Positions 25,186 through 32,000 of a stretch of DNA of 32,000 nucleotides are shown one piece after another. Where the stretch lies: positions 30,001 through 62,000 of the forward strand of contig NZ_JAGIOS010000002.1 of assembly GCF_017876815.1 (NCBI RefSeq), given 5' to 3'. Numbering within the stretch: position 1 is the first letter of the stretch; each line of letters begins with the position of its first letter. This stretch comes from Sinorhizobium meliloti (GTDB lineage: Bacteria > Pseudomonadota > Alphaproteobacteria > Rhizobiales > Rhizobiaceae). The notes under the pieces were generated by a model. It worked only from the letters and a program-made list of their open reading frames with translations. It was not told the DNA's origin and did not search any database. The position numbers were made by a program, and so were the translations under genes.

Positions 25186-26289
25186 ATGCCGACGCCCGTC
25201 GTTTCCATCGTCCTGCCGGTCTACAACGCGGAGCCGTACATTGCCGCAGCTATCGAGAGCGTGTTGCGCCAGGACTACGAGCGTCTGGAGGTAATCGCGA
25301 TCGACGACGGGTCGACGGATCGGTCGCGGGACATTCTCGAACGATACCGCAAGAGCGACTCTCGCGTGTCCATCATCTCCCGCGAGAACCGCGGCCTTAT
25401 AGCGACCCTGAATGAAGGCCTCGCGCTCGCAAAGGGCGAGCTTATCGCGCGAATGGATGCCGACGACATCGCCTATCCGTCGCGCCTGTCGCGGCAGGTC
25501 GCATTGTTTTCCGCAGAGCCCCGGCTCGCCCTATCGGGCACGGGCATCGACATGCTGATCGGCAATCGGATCATCCGCGGCAAGCCCAATCCCATTTACC
25601 GCCCGGGAAGCCTACGAATCCTGTCGATGTTCTTCACCATCTTCATGCATTCGACCGTTGTCTATAACCGTAACGTCATCCCGGAAGAGATGCTCCGCTA
25701 CGACCCGAATTATGTGCATGCGGAAGATTTCGATCTCTTCAGGCGGATCGCCGATCGTTTCCCAGTCCACATGATCGACGAGGCGCTGGTCGCCTATCGG
25801 ATCCATGAGGATAGCGTGACCAGCAAGCACAAGCGGCAGATGCGCCGGACCCATTTGACCATCGTCGCCGAGAACCTGGCGCGGGATGCCCTTCTCAGAG
25901 ATTCCGCTGCCCTCGAAGCGATCGGCGCCGCGGTAACGAGCGAGACGGTGGCACGTCTTGCCGACTTGGTCCTGGCGCTCGAGCGTGAGATTTCGGCGCA
26001 GCCGGGCGAGGTTCGGCGTGCCTATGAGGATGGCGCCCTTTGCTTTTTCTACTTCCTCTACCAGCTCATCGCCGAGGAGGAGCAGCCGCGACTGACTCAT
26101 GAGTTCCTGACACGGACGGGGAAATGGGGCCTCATCCGCCGCCGCGAGCGATACGGGCTGCTTGCGGCCGCTCGCGCACCCTGGTGCAGCCGGATTTCGC
26201 TTGCCGCAAGCAAGCGGGTGGATCTGCTCGCGCGCCGCCTGCAGTCGGTGCCCGCCGCGACCGTGCTTCCCGGACATGGCTTGACCTGA
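25186..26289 (+). CDS. Glycosyltransferase family 2
   Basis: VSIVLPVYNAEPYIAAAIESVLRQ, IDDGSTD, ARMDADD (DxD), AEDFDL. Starts at ATG 25186, 17 nt after the acyltransferase stop. The ORF-track 5' extension is out of context. Confidence 0.88.
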   Translation: MPTPVVSIVLPVYNAEPYIAAAIESVLRQDYERLEVIAIDDGSTDRSRDILERYRKSDSRVSIISRENRGLIATLNEGLALAKGELIARMDADDIAYPSRLSRQVALFSAEPRLALSGTGIDMLIGNRIIRGKPNPIYRPGSLRILSMFFTIFMHSTVVYNRNVIPEEMLRYDPNYVHAEDFDLFRRIADRFPVHMIDEALVAYRIHEDSVTSKHKRQMRRTHLTIVAENLARDALLRDSAALEAIGAAVTSETVARLADLVLALEREISAQPGEVRRAYEDGALCFFYFLYQLIAEEEQPRLTHEFLTRTGKWGLIRRRERYGLLAAARAPWCSRISLAASKRVDLLARRLQSVPAATVLPGHGLT

Positions 26290-26290
26290 C

Positions 26291-27328
26291 ATGGCCGTCG
26301 AACATCCCGCAAAAGCGCAGAAACATCTAAGAGCACCGGCTGCTCGGCACTCGGTGGCCGCTTCATTGTCCGAAGCGCCGGAGCCGTTCGCCAGCTTCAT
26401 CGTCTGCACGCGTAACCGCGTCCGGTCGCTTGGCGCCTCGATCCGATCGATCGAGACCGCATGCCATGCCCATGCGGCGATCAGGAGCGAACTCGTGGTC
26501 GTGGACAACGGCTCCACGGACGGCACCCCGGAAGAACTCGCACGCCTGGCAGCAACCACGACAATGCCGATAACGCTCGCCACCGAGCCTCGCCCGGGCC
26601 TCGCCGCGGCACGCAATACAGGGATGGGGCGCGCACGGGGCCGAATTCTCGTATTCATCGACGACGACTGCGAGGTGGACAGGAACTATCTCGCCGACCT
26701 CGAACGGCACTACGCCAATGGCGACGCGCGGGTCATCCGCGGAGGACGCGTGGAGCTCGGCGATCCTGCCGACCTGCCGTTCACCATCAAGCGGTCGAAG
26801 ATCGCGGCACGTCTGACCCGCGATGTCCACCCCGGCGGCTTCGTCCTCGGCTGCAACATGACCATGCATCGCGACGTCGCGGCGAGCATCGGTCCTTTCG
26901 ACGAGCGCTTCGGTGCCGGCGCGCCCCTGAAAGCCGCGGAAGATACGGATTACCTGGTCCGGGCATTTCAACTCGGCATCCCGGTCGAATACGTGCCGGA
27001 CATGATCGTCCATCATCATCACGGCCGCCGTCTTCGTGCGGCGATCGAAGAACTGCATCGCAATTACAGCCTCGGCAATGGCGGGCTCTGTCTGAAGCAC
27101 CTCCTCGGCGCGCCTTGGCTTCTCAAGCATTTCGGCTGGACCGTCAGGTCCGCATGCGGCGAAGTTTTCGGCGGCGCCCGCTTCGACCCAAAGCTGCAAC
27201 TGTCGCATTGGCCGATCGTTTCGATGAATATTGTCGGCGCCGCGCGCTTCGCGCGGCTTGCCATGACGAACCCGGCGCAGCCGACCGAACGGCGCCGGCC
27301 CGGACAAGCAGCACCGAAGCTCAGGTGA
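26291..27328 (+). CDS. Glycosyltransferase family 2 (second, divergent)
   Basis: FIVCTRNR, VVVDNGSTDGT, VFIDDDCEVD (DxD), AAEDTDY. The ATG is 1 nt after the preceding stop. Confidence 0.82.
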   Translation: MAVEHPAKAQKHLRAPAARHSVAASLSEAPEPFASFIVCTRNRVRSLGASIRSIETACHAHAAIRSELVVVDNGSTDGTPEELARLAATTTMPITLATEPRPGLAAARNTGMGRARGRILVFIDDDCEVDRNYLADLERHYANGDARVIRGGRVELGDPADLPFTIKRSKIAARLTRDVHPGGFVLGCNMTMHRDVAASIGPFDERFGAGAPLKAAEDTDYLVRAFQLGIPVEYVPDMIVHHHHGRRLRAAIEELHRNYSLGNGGLCLKHLLGAPWLLKHFGWTVRSACGEVFGGARFDPKLQLSHWPIVSMNIVGAARFARLAMTNPAQPTERRRPGQAAPKLR

Positions 27329-27337
27329 GGACCGCAG

Positions 27338-29131
27338 ATGCGTAGATTCTTATTGCCAGGCCTTGAGGTCCTGCGCGGCGCACTGGGGCGGCAAATGCGC
27401 CTGCTGCCGGCCGTGGTCATTCTCGGCCTCGCCAGCGCTGCGCTCGAAGGTGCCGGCATCGGCCTCATCATTCCGATGCTGGGCATCATCGCCGGAGATG
27501 GACAGGCCAACGGGTTGAGCGGCATTTCCGCTTACTTTCAGGCGATAGGAGAGGGCTTGGGAGACGGCGAACGCCTCCTGGCTATTGCGGCCGCCGTGCT
27601 CGCGCTGATCGTGCTCAAGAATATCCTCGCCTTCGCCAACACGCTGCTCACCACCTTCATCTACGGCAAGGCCAGCCACGCCATCCGCAGCGCGCTTTCG
27701 GATCAGCTCCTACGGATAGGATATCCGTTCTTCATGCAGCAAAGTCCCGGCCGGCTGCTCAACATCATCTCCAACGAGTCATGGCGCGCGTCCGACGCGA
27801 TCCAGACGGTCCTTTCGTCTATCGTGCACGGCTCGGCGGCCGTCATCCTGCTCGCCTTTCTCTTGCTCATGTCCTGGCAGATGACGCTGTTCGTGGCGCT
27901 CGGCCTCGTCTTTGTCCAGCTTGCCCATGCAGCGCTCTCTGCGACGCTCAAGGGCCCCAGCCGCCATGTGACCTCCTTCAACAGCGAGCTTGCCGCCAGA
28001 ATGCTGCATCTCGTTCATGCCGGAAGGCTGATCCGCGTGTTCGGCCAGGAAACACGCGAGAAGAATGCATTTGATTCCGCATCCGACGCCGTTCGCCGGG
28101 CCGGCTTTGCGCTCCAGTCACGACAGGGGGCGCTGCCGCCGCTGACTGAAGTGCTGCATTCGGCGTTGTTTCTGGCCGTGGTCGTGAGCGCCTGGTCCAT
28201 CGGCGTCAGCTTTCCGGTGATCGTCGCCTTCGTCGTGCTGCTATATCGACTGCAGCCGCATATGCGCGCCCTGCAGATGTCCTGGAGCCAGATTCAGGGC
28301 TGGAGCGGATCGCTCGAAGAGGTGCGATGGCTTCTCGACTCCTCCGACAAGCCAAAGCCTCCTCAAGGCAATGCACCGGTCGACGGCCTCCACCAGGGCA
28401 TGACATTCGACCGGGTGACGTTCCGGTATCCCGGTTCCGAAGTGCGTCCCCTGGTGCTGCATTCCGCAAGCTTCGAAATCCGCAGCGGCCGTTCGACTGC
28501 AATCATCGGCCGTTCCGGCGCCGGAAAGACGACGATCGTCAATCTCCTCTGCCGTTTCGTCGAGCCGGACGAAGGCCGCATCCTCGTCGACGGCGTGCCG
28601 CTCGGTCAGATCAATCCCGTTCAGTGGCGGCGCCAGATCGCGGTCGCCAGTCAGGACCTCGAACTGGTGGACGGCACCATTCTGGAAAACATCACCTACG
28701 GTCAAAGCGCCACGCCAGCAGAAGCGGAACGCGCCGCGAAGCTGGCCGAAGCGCATGGCTTCATCGAGCAGCTGCCGCAGGGCTATGAGACGCTCGTCGG
28801 CTACAGGGGTGCAAGCCTCTCGGCAGGCCAACGCCAGCGCATCGCGCTGGCCAGGGCGCTGGTGCGCGATCCGGCCATCCTGATCCTCGACGAGGCGACG
28901 AATGCGGTGGACGGCCTGTCGGAGGCGGCGATCGTCGAGACGCTGAGATCGAGGGCCGGCAGACGCACGACGATCGTGATCAGCCATCACAGGAGCACGA
29001 TCTCGTTCTGCGACGACGTCGTGGTCCTCGGCTCCGGGCGCGTCAAGGGCCAGGCCGCACTGGCGGACGTCGCGTCGCTCAGCATGGACCAGCTCTACGA
29101 GCATGAGACCGGCATGGGGGGTGGAGGGTAG
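27338..29131 (+). CDS. Fused TMD-NBD ABC exporter (type I, MsbA/NdvA/ExsA-like)
   Basis: The N-terminal ~300 aa hold six predicted TM helices. Walker A GRSGAGKTT, signature LSAGQRQR, Walker B ILILDEAT. GGTGAGGA RBS, 9 nt after the GT2 stop. Confidence 0.9.
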   Translation: MRRFLLPGLEVLRGALGRQMRLLPAVVILGLASAALEGAGIGLIIPMLGIIAGDGQANGLSGISAYFQAIGEGLGDGERLLAIAAAVLALIVLKNILAFANTLLTTFIYGKASHAIRSALSDQLLRIGYPFFMQQSPGRLLNIISNESWRASDAIQTVLSSIVHGSAAVILLAFLLLMSWQMTLFVALGLVFVQLAHAALSATLKGPSRHVTSFNSELAARMLHLVHAGRLIRVFGQETREKNAFDSASDAVRRAGFALQSRQGALPPLTEVLHSALFLAVVVSAWSIGVSFPVIVAFVVLLYRLQPHMRALQMSWSQIQGWSGSLEEVRWLLDSSDKPKPPQGNAPVDGLHQGMTFDRVTFRYPGSEVRPLVLHSASFEIRSGRSTAIIGRSGAGKTTIVNLLCRFVEPDEGRILVDGVPLGQINPVQWRRQIAVASQDLELVDGTILENITYGQSATPAEAERAAKLAEAHGFIEQLPQGYETLVGYRGASLSAGQRQRIALARALVRDPAILILDEATNAVDGLSEAAIVETLRSRAGRRTTIVISHHRSTISFCDDVVVLGSGRVKGQAALADVASLSMDQLYEHETGMGGGG

Positions 29132-29178
29132 GTTTGCGGCACGCTCAGCGGCCGGATGCAGGGCACGCGAAGACCCAG

Positions 29179-29240
29179 CCGCTTGTCCATTCGCCCCGGT
29201 TGCCGGCGCTGAGGCGCGGACGGGGAGAAGGGACAAGCGG
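29179..29240. repeat. Long imperfect hairpin downstream of the ABC exporter
   Basis: CCGCTTGTCCATTCGCCCCG (29179-29198) pairs with CGGGGAGAAGGGACAAGCGG (29221-29240), 18 of 20 positions complementary, with a 22-nt loop. Confidence 0.6.
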
Positions 29241-29290
29241 CGCCGCCGGGAAATCTCCGGCAACCAATGGAGGAGGCGGAGGCTCCCACG

Positions 29291-29342
29291 AGTCCCTTCG
29301 CCCCGCTTGCGGGGAGACGGTGGCGGCAGGCGGATGAGGGGC
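29291..29342. repeat. Single arm of the same RIME/REP-like repeat seen at 16473-16527
   Basis: AGTCCCTTCGCCCCGCTTGCGGGGAGACGGTGGCGGCAGGCGGATGAGGGGC matches 16473-16527, differing only by a few indels and substitutions (by eye about 90% identity). It lies between convergent genes. Confidence 0.7.
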
Positions 29343-29356
29343 CTCCGATCGGAAAA

Positions 29357-30400
29357 TTATGCGGCGGCGTAGCGCTTGGCCATCTCCGGCAAACGCAGCA
29401 CCCGGATCTTCGATGCCTGGCCGGCGGCACGGAAGGCCACGAAGCGCTCCTTGCAGACCTCGGTCATGTGGGCAATCGCGGGCTTCAGATAATTGCGCGG
29501 ATCGAAATTATCCGGATGCTCGATATGGTGCTTGCGGATCTCGCCGGTAAAGGCGAGGCGGAGATCCGTGTCGATATTGACCTTGCGCACACCGAGCGGA
29601 ATGGCCTTCTGAATCTCGGATACCGGAACGCCCCAGGTCTTCTTCATCTTGCCGCCATAGGCGTTGAAGAGTTCCTGGAGATCGGCGGGAACGCTCGAGG
29701 AACCGTGCATGACGAGGTGCGTGTTCGGCAGACGCTTGTTGATCTTGGCGATCGTCTCGATCGAGAGGATCTCGCCGTCGGGTTCACGGGTGAACTTGTA
29801 TGCGCCGTGGCTGGTGCCGATCGCGACCGCAAGAGCGTCGACGCCGGTCTTCGAGACGAAGTCGAGGGCCTGCTCGGGATCGGTCAGCAGTTCCTCGCGC
29901 GAGAGCTTGCCTTCAAATCCATGTCCGTCCTCCTTGTCGCCCGCACCCGTTTCCAGATTGCCGAGGCAGCCGAGTTCCCCTTCGACGGAAACGCCGGCCG
30001 CATGGGCGATCTTCACGACTTCCGCGGTGACGGCGACATTATATTCGTAGCTCGCGACGGTCTTGCCGTCCTTCTCCAGCGAGCCGTCCATCATCACCGA
30101 GGTGAAGCCGTTGGTGATCGCCGAGATGCATGTCGACGGCTGGTCGCCATGGTCGAGGTGGAGGCAGACGGGGATATGCGGATATTCTTCCGCAGCGCCG
30201 AGGATCAGATGGCGCAGAAACGCATCGCCGGCATAGGCCCGCGCACCGCGGCTCGCCTGCAGGATGACAGGAGAGTCGGTCGCATCCGCGGCTCTCATGA
30301 CGGCCTGGATATATTCGAGATTGTTCACATTGAAGGCCGGCAGCGCGTAATCGTTCTCCGCCGCGTCGTCGAGCAGTTGCCGCAATGTGATCAATGCCAT
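29357..30400 (-). CDS. fba: Class II fructose-bisphosphate aldolase (CbbA/Calvin-cycle subtype)
   Basis: [40 protein letters not shown]-terminal [17 protein letters not shown] before ATG 30400. Confidence 0.92.
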   Translation of the reverse strand: MALITLRQLLDDAAENDYALPAFNVNNLEYIQAVMRAADATDSPVILQASRGARAYAGDAFLRHLILGAAEEYPHIPVCLHLDHGDQPSTCISAITNGFTSVMMDGSLEKDGKTVASYEYNVAVTAEVVKIAHAAGVSVEGELGCLGNLETGAGDKEDGHGFEGKLSREELLTDPEQALDFVSKTGVDALAVAIGTSHGAYKFTREPDGEILSIETIAKINKRLPNTHLVMHGSSSVPADLQELFNAYGGKMKKTWGVPVSEIQKAIPLGVRKVNIDTDLRLAFTGEIRKHHIEHPDNFDPRNYLKPAIAHMTEVCKERFVAFRAAGQASKIRVLRLPEMAKRYAAA

Positions 30401-31045
30401 TCTTAACTCCCTGATGCTCCGCGCCACTCCAGGCGCCAGTTCAAGGGCACAATAGTTCATGCGGGGCGTTTGGCAACCGGGCCGGCGGTCCTGCCGGTCG
30501 CTTGATGGACGTGCGTCAGACCAAATTGCTGTGGATGAGAAATACCCCTGTCAGAAATCGCTACTTTCGCCCTCTGGTGGTGTTGCCAATCTCAGTTGTG
30601 CCCACAGTGCAGCCGCGGGTTTTCTCTTCCGCCGGCAGGTTCGGTCCGGAACGTGGACGCGTTCGGCATCCGCAGGTGGGTGAGCCGATTTGCAAAAAGA
30701 TTGCAGCGATAGGGGCAATTTTTTATGCATATTACGTAAAGTGCCGCTACAATTCATGAAGGTTGCATGACTGCTCTTTCGGAGCATTCTTCCGTGACGA
30801 AGCGCAACATGCCGAAGCGATCTACAACGTTGCAGGTGGATGTCCGCGCGCCGGGGCCGGTCGCCAGAGCCGCGTCGCGAAAGGGAGGAAATTCGTCGCA
30901 AACGCCTATACAATCTACGCGATCATTGTTGTTCGCGTTTTAAAGAGAAGGATGCAATTTTCCGGGCAGATCGCTTGCGTTCGCTGAAAATTTGCACTTC
31001 TCTCCTGCGATCAATGAACCCAAAACGAGGGGAAGGAGAAGAAAA

Positions 31046-32000
31046 ATGGCTTCACTGAAACTCAATCTCAGGGCCGCTGCGCTCATAGGCTCGCTGCTCA
31101 TCGGGGCAAGCCCCGCGCTCGCCGAGGCGGTACTTCACCGCGGCAATGCCGGCGAACCGCAGACGCTCGACCAGGCCCACACTTCGATCAACATCGAGGA
31201 GTTCATCCTCAAGGACCTCTATGAAGGCCTGACGATCTACGATGCCGCGGGCAAGATCGTTCCGGGCGCCGCCGAAACCTGGGAGCTTTCGGACGACGGT
31301 ACCGTCTACACGTTCAAACTGCGTGCCGATGCCAAGTGGTCTGACGGCTCGCCGGTGACGGCAGAGGATTTCGCCTTCTCCTTCCGCCGCGTGGAGGATC
31401 CGAAGACGGCGGCCGAATACGCCAACATCCTCTTCCCGATAAAGAACGCCGAAAAGGTCAACAAGGGCGAAGTGCCGGTCGACCAGCTCGGCGTAAAGGC
31501 CGTCGACGAAAAGACGTTGGAAGTTACTCTCGAGCGGCCGACGCCGTTCTTCCTGGAACTGCTCGCACACCAGACGGCGCTTCCGGTCAGCAAGGCAAGC
31601 GTCGAGAAGAACGGCGCGGACTTCGTCAAGCCGGGCGTGATGGTTTCGAACGGCGCGTTCAAGCTGACGGCACATGTGCCGAACGACAGCCTGACCGTGG
31701 AGAAGAACACCAATTATTGGGATGCCGCCAACGTCAAGCTCGACAAGGTGATCTTCTATCCGATCGACGACCAGGCGGCATCCGTTCGTCGTTTCGAAGC
31801 GAAGGAAATGGATCTCGCCTACAACTTCTCCGCCGACCAGATCGAGCGCCTGCGCACGTCCTATGGAGAGCAGGTGCACGTTTCCCCGACGCTTGCCACC
31901 TACTACTACGCGTTTGATACGCGTCAGGAGCCCTATAACGATGTCCGCGTCCGCCGGGCACTTTCGATGGCGGTCGACCGCGACTTCCTTGCCAAGGAAA
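31046..32000 (+). CDS. Family-5 (OppA/DppA-type) peptide ABC transporter substrate-binding protein, 3'-partial at the window edge
   Basis: Not in the ORF track because there is no stop before the edge. My translation from ATG 31046 (AAGGAG RBS at 31032-31037) is stop-free: MASLKLNLRAAALIGSLLIGASPALAEAVLHRGNAGEPQTLDQAHT...TWELSDDGTVYTFKLRADAKWSDGSPVTAEDFAFSF...YYYAFDTRQEPYNDVRVRRALSMAVDRD. Signal peptide plus SBP_bac_5 motifs. Confidence 0.9.
   Translation, partial: MASLKLNLRAAALIGSLLIGASPALAEAVLHRGNAGEPQTLDQAHTSINIEEFILKDLYEGLTIYDAAGKIVPGAAETWELSDDGTVYTFKLRADAKWSDGSPVTAEDFAFSFRRVEDPKTAAEYANILFPIKNAEKVNKGEVPVDQLGVKAVDEKTLEVTLERPTPFFLELLAHQTALPVSKASVEKNGADFVKPGVMVSNGAFKLTAHVPNDSLTVEKNTNYWDAANVKLDKVIFYPIDDQAASVRRFEAKEMDLAYNFSADQIERLRTSYGEQVHVSPTLATYYYAFDTRQEPYNDVRVRRALSMAVDRDFLAKE

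Noticed and set aside
25612-29263. Minus-strand ORFs 25612..26658, 26363..27307 and 28241..29263, opposite the GT2 and ABC genes
   Set aside because: Antisense shadows. The plus-strand genes have DxD and Walker motifs and tight operon spacing.
30502-30913. ORFs 30502..30759 (+, 85 aa) and 30551..30913 (-, 120 aa) in the long intergenic region
   Set aside because: They have Arg-rich or odd composition, no RBS and atypical codon usage for this genome. I treat them as non-coding unless expression data say otherwise.
29267-31879. ORFs 29267..30406 (+) and 31052..31879 (-)
   Set aside because: They are antisense to fba and to the edge-truncated peptide-binding protein respectively. The latter real gene is simply missing from the track because it has no stop in the window.
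1-32000. CRISPR arrays, tandem repeats, tRNA/rRNA genes, integrase or transposase genes, toxin-antitoxin or known defence genes
   Set aside because: Reading both strands by eye, I saw no regularly spaced direct repeats, no cloverleaf or rRNA-like segments, and no nuclease, integrase or transposase-like ORFs. The intron RT is the only mobile-element protein. A tRNAscan/Infernal run would be needed to be certain.

Overview
This is a high-GC window from a member of the Rhizobiaceae. Gene content, order and intergenic repeats look like a Sinorhizobium/Ensifer megaplasmid (pSymB-type) region; that is my recollection and is unverified. I support about 24 protein-coding genes and saw no rRNA, tRNA or CRISPR array.

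Left to right:
- A frameshifted group II intron RT/maturase that runs off the left edge and lacks ribozyme domains I-III.
- A divergent MFS transporter / ArsR regulator pair.
- A phosphate-stress block on the minus strand: phnC-phnD-phnE-phnE (phoCDET-like) behind a four-repeat PHO box, then DUF1045-phnM-phnN. The C-P lyase core genes phnGHIJKL are not in the window.
- An MttB-family methyltransferase with a DAO-type FAD oxidoreductase.
- A LysR / gcdH / family III CoA-transferase glutarate module.
- htpG (RpoH-type promoter) divergent from an orphan ackA.
- gabT-gabD.
- A regulator with an unusual MerR-HTH + XRE-HTH + cupin architecture.
- A tightly packed four-gene cassette: acyltransferase_3, two GT2 glycosyltransferases and a fused MsbA-like ABC exporter. 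It has no priming transferase, flippase or polymerase.
- Class II fructose-bisphosphate aldolase.
- A 585-nt non-coding gap.
- A family-5 peptide-binding protein that is open at the right edge and absent from the ORF track.

The best candidates for something undescribed are the glycoconjugate cassette together with the two-HTH regulator, the DUF1045 2H-phosphoesterase as a PhnP substitute, and the orphan MttB/FAD pair. Several palindromic intergenic repeats (RIME/REP-like and one MITE-like) and intercistronic hairpins are also present. Long ORFs antisense to these genes are treated as high-GC artefacts.
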